Below the pieces are notes generated by a model that made no database searches, had not been told where the DNA came from, and saw nothing but the letters and a program-made list of their open reading frames with translations. Of a stretch of DNA of 64,000 nt, positions 37,601 to 50,689 are shown one piece after another. A program made the translations under genes and the position numbers. The stretch is from Nageia nagi (lineage: Eukaryota; Plantae; Pinophyta), in contig JBITNC010000002.1 in NCBI GenBank assembly GCA_050084985.1, positions 29,140,001-29,204,000 on the forward strand. Reading direction: 5' to 3'. Each line of letters starts with the position of its first letter. Within the stretch, counting starts at the first letter, position 1.

Positions 37601-40600
37601 TTTACCTTGTTGGGCTCATCATACAAAGACATTATATAAATCACAAGCTGATCCATGAATTCTTAAACCAAGATAACCAAAACAAGCCTGGTGATTTTAT
37701 TTTGAATCTTAATTTTGATAGAAACAATAATTTAAATGCATAAAGGATATATATTTATTCTTTGGATAAATTTTGATAGGTCCTACAAACCATTGTGTTT
37801 AAAGGAATTAAAAGACATCATTCATTCATTCATCCTATTATTTTGACTACCCATACAAGGTGTGTTGAAATTACACAAAGTAAGCCAAACACACACTTCA
37901 ACAATACCATGGAATGATATATTAATGATGCGATATTTTGAGACATGCACTTATGGTAAGTCATGGTTTTGAGTTTCATCTTGTATTTAATGCCTTAAAT
38001 GTTGAATTTAGCATTTTATATTCAAAATCACAATAGAGGAATATAGTTTTAAATTAGATAAAAGATAAACTAAAAAAGGAAAAATGAAAGTGGTGCAAAC
38101 AAAGATGCAATGAGCTTGAAATAAAAATATTATCACTTATCATATTTTTCTGAAGGGTATAATGATTTTCAAAAATTAAGTTGTTATGTGGGGTATAATC
38201 ATGGTGATGTCATCTTGTTTTTCTAATAAGTACAATGTTTAAAACCTTTTCTATGTATATGCCATGTTTTAGTTATTAATACTTGGTTTTCTTGTTTGTT
38301 GACTCACCAGTGAGATACTTAAAATATGCACATAGTCTTAGGTTGTCATATGATGACCATGCAATGTTGACAATGTAAGGGTAGGATTGTGTTTTTTATT
38401 TCTGAAGGATGATGATAAACACTACCCATTTGATGGTGTTGGTAAAGTGATGGAAGATTGATGCCATTACTTTTTATCTTTTAATAGGGGAGATTATTGT
38501 TACTCTAAAGGATGTATACTATATTACAAAACTACTTATTCGAGATATGTGTGTCTTCCTATAGGATTAAATGATTGATTGATTGGGAGATGAGGTAAAT
38601 GGTATCTTGGCTGATTGACATTTAATGATTTGAGCAACAACTTGTGGGTGTTTCATTGGAGATGCACTAGTAACATGACCACTAAAGGTGTTGTAGTTTC
38701 AACTCATCTTAGTTAGGATCATCCATTGATATGTTATCCATTGTAAGGGAGGATAAGCATTTTAGGTTTGGTCTAGGATATGTGCTCCAATAAATGATTA
38801 ATGATACTTGGTATGCCTAGGGGTTTGCGCTTCCTTGATTGGTACATCTTTTAAGAAATGTCATTGTATTGTTGAATGCTTTAATAATTATGCCAACTTG
38901 CATTAATGCAGAGTTTAGTAAAAATAATAAGTATTAAGAAGTAAAATATTAAATTAGCTTTTATTTTTCAAGATTTGAAAGCTTAAAATGCAAAGATACA
39001 CTCCTATTCCATTTTTACTTATTTCATATTTAATGATATTATATCTTATGAAGAAAACTCTAGATGTGTAATGATCATTTTAATTATATTAACATCTTGA
39101 TTCTCCCTAAGGAATTTGATGAGTGTCGATCATATTTATTAGTTTTCACCAACTAATGCGAGGAGTTATAAGTCCCATTTAATTTATGGTTGTAATTCCC
39201 ATCATAATCATAAAAAACAACCATCTTTTACCATGTAAATTAATAGACATTGTTTAATATTATATTATTTAAAAATTGATAAAAATATTTAGCTATTATG
39301 AATGACAATGGATAATAAATAATTGTAAATGTGAGCTTCAAAATTTGAAAAATATGAAATAACATAAGGTAAATCAAACTTAGAGTCAAACATTATCCCT
39401 TAAGTTTGACTTAGGGAGTAGAGTTGTTGTCATCATACCAACAACCTCCCTCATTGACAACACCATACACTTCAATCCCTCACCAAAGTGAAGATGATGA
39501 ATTCATCACCATTAACATGTTAAAAGATGATTAATTATGTCACATAAGATATTCCTTTCCTTAACCATAGGAAGGGAGCATAGATCCAACTATACTTAAT
39601 ACATTATTATTCCCACATGAAAGGAGTCTACCATACAAAATATCCTTACCTTAAAAATTGAGGGATCAGTGCATATGAAATAAGTTTCAATCAATGGAAG
39701 GACTAAACAAACTTGAGAAACATGTTCCAAGTTATAATAATAAGGAATGACAAGTGAAGACAATTTTCTTCATAATCATTGTGAAGATCATCATTTCCAT
39801 CATTATTCTGAAAATAATTATTTCCACCATACACATGAAGATCACCATCTGTACCATCATCTCCATCCTCAAAATGAAGATCCTTCTCATGTCCATTTTC
39901 ATGCCCACCATGACGTCCACTATGTGCACCATGAGGCAAATTATGAGAAGAAGAAGACTCAATACCAAGAAGCTTCAAAAAATGGAAGAAAAGATGCAAG
40001 TAAAAATGATCTCCTCGTTGAACCTTAGATGTACTCTAAAAATTGTCTATGCCACTAGATCCCAAATCTTGAAACCCATGGATATATCATAATATACATC
40101 TAAATGCACTTCCTACTATTCAATTCATGATGAACCCATGAATCATGTCCTACAATATTGAGGTCCATAAATTTTGATTTCCACTAGATCCACATTACAA
40201 CTAGAGTCAAGCCATAAATCTCTCCCTTGATCACACAAAACAATAATGCTCCATTAAATAAGAAATCAAAATGTTCATGCTCTAACTCAACAATAAAATA
40301 CCCTTCTTTCTCAAATAATAAATTAAAGTGATATCCTCCATACTAATCCCACCAACGATTACATCACATGAATGCTCACATCCATCATCAACATCCTCCT
40401 CAACACAAATGAGATGTCAAATTCAATTTATAGTGTGATAACTATCACTTTCTCCTAACGAATAATATAAATACATCTCATTATCCACATGATGCTTATA
40501 AAAATGAGAACCGAAATATGCATTATTAGAAGAAATATCATCACAACATACCTCATGAATGAGTAACATGTCCAAAGACTTGATTATCTATGAAAACAAA

Positions 40601-41479
40601 TCATCAACACCTTCTAAGTTCTATATACTCATTGAAGAATTATCCCTAAGTGCATGGTTTATCATAGTCTCACAATTTGGATACCAATTTGCATGAGTAA
40701 TTGATAAAAAATCACTTACCTCATTGAAAACCACTAGAGGTAAAGTGCATAAAATTATGAATTAAGAATCCTCAAATGAGACTTATCAAGTGATCCATCC
40801 TTAGAAGTTGCATCAATATATCCCTCCATATATAAAGAAAAATCTATAAAATCAAAGGAATCCAAGGTTGTAATAACAACTTCTATCTCATCATCAAGAT
40901 TCAAATTCCTAACAATAAGGGAAGTATTGAGCAGATCTTCATCAACTTGATCATCAACACTAATAACATGACCATTATTAACATAACTAGCAATAACATC
41001 ATCAATAGTATTTTCATTTTTAATATCACTAACATTGTTATCAACATTTTCATGACCAATAAGATTATCATGATAAATATCACCATGAAAATTGTCATTA
41101 ATAATATTAAAAATAAAGGTAAATCTTCCTCTTGTAAAATGTGAGAACTATAAATCTTACTAAATTTCTATGTTAATATATTCAAATTCCATTGGCATCA
41201 TACTTGTTATCTTTTGCTAAATACCTTATCTAATATCTTATTATCAGCAATATAGTCACCAAGATTATGGCCAATCAAATATCTTCCTCCAAGAAATATC
41301 CCAAATATCAATCAAAAATCATTTCTAAAAAAAATAATAAATCTATTATTGATTTAAATACATGAATATGTAAATATCAAAAGAATAGCCAATTTTTTTT
41401 AAAAAAAAATCATTGAAAAATATCCTCCCATATGGTGATACCACCCCCTCAAACTTGCCTAGGGAGGGGATCCCTCAAA

Positions 41480-44344
41480 AATCCTAGGACGAATGAAGCA
41501 AAATGAACTACGCATGATTGAACTAGGAATACAAATAGAAATACAAAATGTCAAATATGATAAGGGTATGTCTAAAATCATAATCCATGATGAAGCTTAT
41601 GAGAGAATATAATCTATAAGGAAGCTATCACTCATTGGAAACTTTATGGGAGCCAGACCAATATTGGAAAAAATAAAAAAATGAATAAAAATAATTTGCA
41701 GATAGAAGGTACTATAAATTTGGCCACTCTCCACTGTGACTTTCTTATGTTTGAATTTAACCTAAAGGAACGTCTAGAATGGGTGTTGGATAACTGACTA
41801 TGGTGGTTTGGAAAAAGTGATTTGCATAAGAAGAAATAGTATGCAGGATTTAGATTAGAAAGATAATCATTTAATGTGGTTCCAATGTGGGTTACATTGC
41901 CAAATATTTCATTGGATTTATGGTTTGTTGAGGCTATAATGGATATAGCAAGCACTCTAGGGGAGTTCATATGGTTTGACAAATATATAAGATCTAGTAT
42001 AGCACTTAACTCGACCAAAATTTGTGCTAATATTGATATCACAAAATTGTTGCAAATTAGAGTATGTTTTAAGAACAAGAAAGGAGAACATGTTAAAGAA
42101 ATATTGTATGAATTGAAACTTGTGGCATGGTCAATATGTAAAATGTATAGCCACATGGAAAAAGATTGCCCCACAAAATCAAATCAACAACAACATCCAC
42201 AAATAAAGCTAAACATGCAGTGGAGACAAAAATGGATGGAAGAGATAAAAATATCAATCAAGAGAAGGATAAGGGAAAACAAATTCAGAGTGAAGGAACT
42301 TCCAAAGAACAAGAGATCGAGAGCAGACATAATCATGAAAATAAAATCCAAAAAGAGACACCATCTAAAATAGCATCTTCCTAGGCAAAAAGATTTATAA
42401 CTTTGTTAGATACCTTTAGGGAAATCATAAATGAAAAAAATGAAGAGCAAATGTCTCAAATGCAAGATACATAATTTTCAAAAGAAGAATATACTAAAAT
42501 ATTATAAAGAAATGAAGTAGAAGATGATGAAGAAATGGAAGAGGAGGAGGAAGAAGAGGAAGTACAAGGCACAAAAGAAAAACCATAGTTGCAACAAATT
42601 AATGAGGATGAAACATAAGAGATTAATGAAGAAGAAGTCTAGACAAATGTAAAAAATAATAAAGGGATAGATAATAACAAAAATACCCATAAACAAAACT
42701 CTAAGAAATACTAAAAGTATTGCAGACTATGGCAAATAAGGTAAGAAAATGAATAAGGACAAAGGTAATAAATATAATGTCACTTTGGGGCAGAGTGGAG
42801 GTTGAAGATCCACCTTAAGAAAGTCTAAATGAAAGTTTTATGTCGGAATATCTAGGGATGCAACTTTCTTAGGAAATAAAAAGTTACAAGAGATCTATGA
42901 AAATATATGAGAAGTTTAAAAGAAAATATGGAATGAAGCATATTTAGAATCAATAGAAGCCATAGGAAAATTTAAAGGACCATAGATACTTGGAATCCAA
43001 TAACAGTACCAATTTAAAGAATCCAATTTTCTTCAAGAAGATGCATCTTAATCATAGTAACGTGTCTTGATAACAATCTCTCCTTCATTCTATCTAATGT
43101 TTATGCCCTTATATATTTGGTAATATAAGAAGATTTTGGGAACAATTAATAGATCATGGGAAAATTTTCCCAAATGAACCATGGATCTGAAGAGGAGACT
43201 TGAATTATCCACTAAATTTAAAGGATAAAATTGGAGCAAATACAAACTTATTAGTAATCATGAAGGATATGATATTTTTATTAAATCCAACAATTTTAGT
43301 ACATTTAAATTTGAAGGGGAATAAATTCATGTGGTCAAACAAAAGATGTGGCACATGATTGAGTCAAAGAAGATTAGATAGAATGCTTGCTACCTCAAAC
43401 TGGATGGAAAAGTATCAAAATAGTGATTCAACATCACTACCTAGAGTGGCATCGTATCATATACCACTAGTATTAAACATGAAGCCCTATCAGAAGAAAA
43501 AAATCACCCTTCAAATTTGAATATATGTGGATGTATCAACCTAGTTTTAAAGAAAATATTAAAGAATGGTGGAAATTGGAATAAAAAAAGTTGAAGCAAT
43601 GGAATAAATAGGTGTTTAAAAATTTAGAATGTGATAAGAATACTAGATCCTTTGAGATGATAACATTTAGAAGAAGAGGCTTCAACAAAATAACAAAAGT
43701 GAGGAATTTAGATGGAACCACTACAAATAATGAATAAGAAATCAAGAAGGAAGTAAAGTATTTCTACCAAAAACTATTACAACCATATCAAAAGCTAAAT
43801 TAAATAGCTATAAATGATATTCTAAGGTATATACCTAAGCTAATTGATCAAATGGAAAATAAAGCACTAAAAAAGCAGGTAAATGAAGAAGAAATAAAAA
43901 AAAATGCACTATTCTTAATGAACAAGGATAAAGCTCCAAGTCCAAATCGGTACCTAATGAGTTTCTTTCGATCGAATTAGAAATTGTAGAAAAATATGTG
44001 ATAATGGTAAATAAAATTCTTCAAGAAAGGAAACCTACTAAATAACAGAACACAAAATTCTTGGCATTAATACCTAAAATACAAGAAGTAAGAGAATTCA
44101 AAGACTATAGACCAATAATTCAATGTAATGTAATCTATAATATACTTACAAAAATCATGGTAGAAATATTGAAGCAACTACTTATGATCATAATATACCT
44201 AAAACAAGATGGTTTTGTACAAGGAAGGTAGATAATAGATGGAATAATCCTAATTCACGAAGTACTACACTCCATTCATAGTGAAAAAGAAGAAAAAAGG
44301 ATATTGAAATAGGATATGGAGAAGGCCTATGACAAAGTTAACTA
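41480..44344 (+). mobile_element. Decayed L1-clade LINE (ORF1 plus endonuclease/RT N-half), cut at its 3' side by an LTR insertion
   Basis: ORF1 VPMWVTLPNISLDLW...ICANID...CKMYSHMEKDCP (DUF4283/zinc-knuckle pattern); ORF2 from 42829 MKVLCRNI*G, with SNVYA, PWI*RGDLN, RLDRML, LALIPK, DYRPI, QDGFVQGR and DMEKAYDKV; many stops and frameshifts. Confidence 0.88.
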
Positions 44345-45056
44345 TGATGGAATTGAAGGATTCCATAACCAATATCACTTATGCATACTCCAACACATTA
44401 ACACTTAATATCAACTTTGATCTCTCAAATTCATTCTCACACATAGAGCTGAGGATACCAATGTATAGTGATAAAACCTCTCTTTGCCCTTGGAGGAAAT
44501 ATTCATTTTAACAACCATTTCATTACTCTTTTTATATCTTTACAAAGAATTTGGCTCAATGGACATAATGCCAATTTCTCCTAACATGAGCTATCTCTCT
44601 TCTGGCTCAACAATACTAGCATAACAATTCTCTTTAAAACTAAATGTTTTGCATCAAAGCCTAGCCTTCCTTTTATAGGCTAAAATCCCACTTTGGCTCA
44701 GCCTTTTACCCAAAGGGAATACCATAATCCATAGGATATACATATCTTCACATTAGATGAAAATGGTAGATGGAATACATTCCACCCATGCTTCTTTAAT
44801 GGTTAAATAAAGCCACACTTTTATATTAAGTGTGTGGGTCTACATACACATGGAAATAACCCTAATGAAAAATAGACAAGGCTACACATTTGCATTCATA
44901 GATAATTCGTATTTTATAATTAGTGGATTATTCCATGTCATTACAAAATCTTTTTCCTCCTAACTTAGGTATTACATATGTTCTTTTAATTTTTAATTAA
45001 TTAAAAATATACCTAAGTTATTTACACATACAAAATATTGCATTATAAGTTCTACA
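44345..45056 (-). mobile_element. 3' LTR of a minus-strand LTR retrotransposon
   Basis: TG...CA termini; adjacent PPT rc TTAAGGGGGAG (45057-45068); minus-strand TATA-like CTATAAAA at ~44672; begins exactly where the LINE RT frame stops. Confidence 0.7.
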
Positions 45057-45428
45057 CTCCCCCTTAATGGAATATTGGGTTATGAAAGTAAACAATATTC
45101 TTCCCCTTAAAATACACTCGAGGATGTAAATAAAGATAAGATCCATACAATTTAACCATTTGAAAAAATGGTTTTATACCCTTCATATACAAACATGTTA
45201 ACTTGGATACAAAATGTATCCTGCAATAATATTGCCATCTGCATGAAGAAGATATTAATTATCAATCATGTCACTTTGATTCCATCAACAAACTTGATAA
45301 CCTTCATACCTAAAAGGTTAGTAGCCTACATCTAACAAGAAGCTCATATATATATACACACAAAACGAGCATCATAAAGTGATTGAACCATTGATGGAAA
45401 TGTAACCAAGGCTTCAAGTACTTAATAA

Positions 45429-48422
45429 TGCTAGAGTATATTATTCCTAGGTCTAATTATTTTATTCTTTATTCCTAGGTCTAATTATTTGTTAGTTTGT
45501 TATGATTAGATCATAACAAATATTTGTCATATTGTGGATTTTATCCTTATGCATGGTTATCATGCATTTGTCCACTAGTTTGTACTTTGCTCTATCATGG
45601 TTATCAATTCATTCTATTTCCTTTCATAGTGTCAGAGCTAACAGATGCTTGAACCTGCCCTCAAAGTTTGCTTAGCAAATCTGTGAGGGGGGATTGACCT
45701 TTTTGAGCCAATCGCCCCACCTTCATTTTTTTGTTACATTCTAATTTGTTGTGACAGGTGATCTGTTGTTGTGAGATTTGATGTTGTGTGTTCTGTGGAC
45801 TCTCTGCTACTTTTGCTAGATGTCGTTCGAGTCTCTCGTGTGGAGGCCTTGATTTTCCACTCTCTGAGCTCTGTTGAGCTTTTCCGGTAGGTGGTGTTTG
45901 CAGTCCATGGATATGCGACCAGTCTTTTTTTTTGTTCTCTGTGGGCAACGTGTTGGTTGTGGCTTCGTCCCTTGTGGAGCTTCCAGAGGCTTTATTAGCC
46001 CTCTATGGTTGATCTTTACCACACAACCAATCAGCTTTGACGGCCTTGCAACTCTCTCCTTATGGCATACTCGGTGTCTTCGAGTTTCTCAATGGAGGCC
46101 CGTTCATGGGGTTTGTCAAGCTTGTCTTGTTGCAGTGCGTGGCCTCTTTGATTTATCATTTCTATTTGAGGCATTTGATTCACAGCTCTGAAGGATTTGG
46201 TCCTCAATCCTTATTTGTTTGGAAGATTTAGGAGCTTTGTGTGCTACTTTTGGCTGAATTTCGTTTGGAAAACTGTAGCGGGTGTGTGACTATGTCTGCA
46301 CAACAACATCCTTTCCTGCAAGTCTCTCTTCTGGCGTGGATCTTTGCTCTAAATGTTGCCTCCTGCTAATCCCGTGACTCTCATCATAAATTTGTGCATG
46401 GATGTTGGATGCTCTCTAGTCTGAATGGTGTTGTGCGTGCTCCACAAGTCAGCGCACACACAGCAATGGGATTCCATTGCCCCAACGTAGTTAAAACCCT
46501 TGCCCAGCTTTTTTGCACACTCCTCCAGCCTCTCTGCAAAGCGTTCATGGATCCGTGTCTATATTTGCTACATACATGCAATATCTTTTGGCTATCTACT
46601 GTGTCTGTGGGCTGAATTCTAAGCCCTCTTATCAAGGCTCTTAGTGGCATAGCTCGTGTGATCTAACAACACCAGGCTATCCTTCACAGCCTTGGTGGAC
46701 CATTTGTCTCTCATACCGCGTGACCTCCATTCTGCTTTGTCAGAGGCATCTCTTCACCAGCTTGTGGCCCTCCACGTGAGCTCCCTCATGGCACTTTGAT
46801 ATGCTCTTTCTGGTCTGCCATTTACCGTCTGTTCTCCTTCATTGATTGGTAGATCTGCTATTGCATGGTCATTTTTGGGTGGCTCATTTTGTGGCTGCGA
46901 GGCGTCAATCTGCTCTCTACATGGTATTTTTTGCATTATGGGTGTCCATCCATTTTTTGCAGTGGAGAAACGTCTATCTTGCAGAAACTCATGCGTGACG
47001 GATCTCATTTAAGTTGCTGTGATTGATGCGGAGTTCACCATATGAGAGAGCATTCTTGGCAATGTGAGCTGTGATCATTTGTTTTTGGCTGGAGGTGTGC
47101 CAAAGCTGACTGAAATCGGTGTTTAAAGAGTCTTTGATGTATGTGAATGTTGCTACATTCTGTCTGCATTACACATCATGAGATTTGTTGTTGTCGTTTC
47201 TCCTGGCCCGCCTAAGCAACCTCTTTGTCACTCCATATTTATCGTGCCTCACCTCTGGTGTGGGCTCCACTTTTGGAAGGACGGATTGCTGACTAGATGT
47301 TTATTGCGGACTAGTTTGTGTCTAGGTTAGATGTGTGTTTGCGAATGAATATATATATATATTAGTAGTCTTTTAATGCCTTATTGGGTGCCTTCACAAG
47401 TCTCGTAACCCAATTCATGGGTTCTACCCTTGTCCTTAAGGTAGCTTATTTGAATCCTTTTTGGATTTTATGGTGGTCTTCCCATTACCTTATCTTGTGA
47501 CTTGTCATATCTCCACATGATCATTAAAGGGGATTGTTTGTCAACTACTAATGCTTTCTCTTTTTGGATGCAACCTCTTTTTTAATGCATCTCAACATAC
47601 GAGCTCCAAGCTTGGCTCTCTAATGACATGTGCTTTCTTCTTTGCATACAAGCTCTTGGCTTGGCTCTCTAATGACATGTGCTCCTTATTCTTCATGCTA
47701 CACAGGTTCCTCGTTGGTCTCCTGGCTTGGCTCTCTAATGACATGTGCACAAGAAATATGCTACTTTTTTGCTTATGATCTACTAGCTACATTGTCAATA
47801 TACTTTTCATAGTGGAGTTCGTGCCCTGTTTCCAGGTTGAGGGACTCTCTTTGTTGGTGTTCATCGAGTAGTGTTGTTTGGCTCATTCTTGCATATTGGT
47901 AGCTCAATGATCTTGATTACTTTGGAGGTTCTTCAGCTTCTAGCTTGCAGTTGTTTGTTGACATAAGTCCTTTCACATCACTGTACTAGATTCAATGAGC
48001 ATGATTTCTTAAGTAGTGATGGAAGTTATCCACCTTCTTGCTTTTCTTTCTCTCTTTTAGGGGGGAGTTTTTTCCTACGGGTTTTCTCCTTTTCTCTTCT
48101 TGTGAGAGATTTTTTTTACATGAATACCTAATCAGACCTTGTTACGGGGACTCATTTTTTGTGGATGTACCACTTTACCTACTTGTTCACTTAAGGGGGG
48201 TGTTAGAGTATATTATACTTAAGTATAATATTTGCTTAAGTTCTCTATAAGTATTTTATTCTTTATTCCTAGGTCTAATTATTTATTAGTTTGTTATGAT
48301 TATATCATAACAAATATTTATCATCTTGTGGATTTTATCCTTGCGCATGGTTATCATGCATTTGTCCACTAGTTTGTACTTTGCCCTATTTATCATGGTT
48401 ATCAATTCATTCTATTTACTCA
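45429..48422 (+). mobile_element. Non-autonomous LTR retrotransposon (LARD/TRIM-like) with non-coding interior
   Basis: LTRs 45429-45626 and 48201-48422 are highly similar; PBS TAGTGTCAGAGC (tRNA-Met-like) at 45627; PPT TTAAGGGGGG before 48201; three CTTGGCTCTCTAATGACATGTGC repeats at ~47611-47750; no gag/pol recognised. Confidence 0.85.
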
Positions 48423-48639
48423 AAGCACTCATATTTACAAGTTTCTATCCATGTGTTATCAAGTATTCAAAATAAGATATCAGTAAGTGATAACAATATA
48501 TCCGTAAGTGATAATTACATATATACAACTACATAATTAATAAATGTACAAACAAAATACCATACATGTACAACAATGTCATAAAATGATATCTAACAAT
48601 ATCATATAGAAGCATTATATTGTTTCATAAACTATTAGG

Positions 48640-50250
48640 GACTAAATGTAGAAAGCGAAAATGGGCAGACAAAATGGACAAAGAAATGGTCAAGAGGCTA
48701 GACATGCAAAATGGTTACCAACTAGAGATCACGATCCTTGAGCAAGAATAGGATAAGAACGATGAGTGGAAAGATGAGAAAATCAAGGAATTCGAGAAAG
48801 CAGTAAGGGAAGGGGCATGACTTTTCTCAAAACAAAGAAAGGAATCCAAGCAACAAACAAAAAAATATAAGGAAGAGACATAGAAAGAGGATACATGGTA
48901 GATGATGGAGGGAAGGGATCAAAAGCACAACAACAAGATGAACCAAGACAATCACTAGGAATGAAGTTGGAGGTAGTCGTTCTACTTCACCAGGGAGAAC
49001 AAACTACTATTAGTGAATAGAGAACTCCTAAAAAAGAGTGGACAACCGGAGCACAAAGATGTAAGCAAGGAAAATATCCATAAGTAAAAACAAAGAAAGG
49101 ATCAAAACCACAAATATCAATTATAATACAGGAAACATACATGGTAATGAATCTACAACAACTGAGTAGGGCAATCATCTATAAAATGAAAGGTAGGCAT
49201 CCTTGTAGAGAAGGTTTAATACAATTTGCAAGAAATGCTTTATAATGTGATAATGATTTTCAGATTGTGCTTCTTCCATGTAACTTTTTCATGTACATTT
49301 TTGAAAACATGGATGATTTGAAAAGGGTTTTAAAGCATAAATTTCATTGGTTTTATGGAAAAAGGGATCTCTACATTAGAAAGTGATCAAGAGATTTTAA
49401 TCCCTTCACTAAAAAGGTTCTAGGGTACCTAGTGTGGGTTAACCTATACGGCCTCCCAATTGAATTCTAAAGTGTCATAGCCATACCCAAGATAGCAAAT
49501 TATATCAGACAATATATAGATATAGATGATCTTATAAAATAGAATGTAGTAGATAGGAAGGATCTAACCAAGGCAAGAATCAAGGTATGGATGAAGACAT
49601 CTTTACCTTGGCCAAGAAAAATCACACTAACATCACCTTACAGGATATGGGTTCAAGCCATTGCTTATGAAAGTTACACATTAAGATGTTATAATTGTCA
49701 ACAACAATTATAAAGGAAAGACCACAACATTTAGATCATTGCAATTTTTCCACTACTCAAGAGAAGAGTGAGGCACATTATAATAAGGAAAAGAATGCAA
49801 CACTTAACAGCCACAATAAGAAAGCAAAGCCTCAAATCCTTTCCATTGGTAAGGATAAGATGAAGATAAAATTAGGATGAGAAGGAAACGGAGGAGTTTT
49901 ACAAAGAAGTCAACAAATATATTTCCTCTCAGACTAAAAAGGAGAATGTAAGCTATCATCAACAATATTTGACCTTTGGAAGAGGACCTAGGGAAAAATG
50001 GCCAAATACCCAACAAAATAATGATGAAAATAAGGAATATAGACAACACCAATATTCTTCACTATCTGGAGAAGGAAATGTGGAATATTTAGAACAAGAA
50101 TGACAAAATACAGAATTGGAGTAGAACCAGGTATCGAACCCCAATAAGGTGGAGAAAGAAAAGTATAGGCAAGGGTCCACACTCGATCCCACAAGTAAAG
50201 GCAGGAAAAGAAGAGATGGCATAATATAAAGTTTCAAAATTCAAATTTAA
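48640..50250 (+). mobile_element. Decayed L1-clade LINE ORF1 fragment
   Basis: NFFMYIFENMDDLKRVL..WFYGKRDLYIRK*SRDFNP...VWVNLYGLPIEF...KARIKVWM...WVQAIAYESYTLRCYNCQ (DUF4283 plus zinc-knuckle pattern). Confidence 0.82.
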
Positions 50251-50689
50251 AAATGAGCAACAAAGTAAAATATCATGTACAATTTGATGTAGGAAAATAG
50301 GTCATATGTAGTCTTATTTTAATTCACGAAACTAGGGAAGAATTAGTTTAAATTGATGATAAAGTTAACAAGGTTAAAATAGTCCACTTAATAAATGTTA
50401 GTCTAGTCCACAAGTAATTTTGAAGCTTTATGTATTTTTATTTTTCCAATTCAACAGGGTTTAAAGATCAAACTATATATAGAGTATTCATGCTTGTTTA
50501 GATTAAAATCCAAAATAAGCTTGACAGTTAGAGGTGAATGTGGCATAGAGGGATATATCAGTTTAATTTTGAGATGATTAGTTCTTTGAAGCTAAAATCA
50601 TGTATAAGTTTATGGAGATCCTCTAAAACTCTTTTTTTTTATCAATACCAAATTTACCCATTAATAAAAATAAAAAAAATACATAATAT

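Noticed and set aside
35700-39400. AT-rich region downstream of SCC2 as a possible gene or transposase remnant
   Set aside because: No ORF, exon chain, termini or protein motif that I could support.
39703-40092. His-rich ORF (39747-40028) and overlapping Ile/Met-rich ORFs
   Set aside because: CAT/ATC-rich low-complexity sequence that is open in several frames on both strands within TE-like DNA; no splice context or domain, so not called a gene.
47551-47812. Spaced 23-bp repeats resembling a CRISPR array
   Set aside because: Only three copies with irregular spacing inside a plant LTR element; no cas genes.
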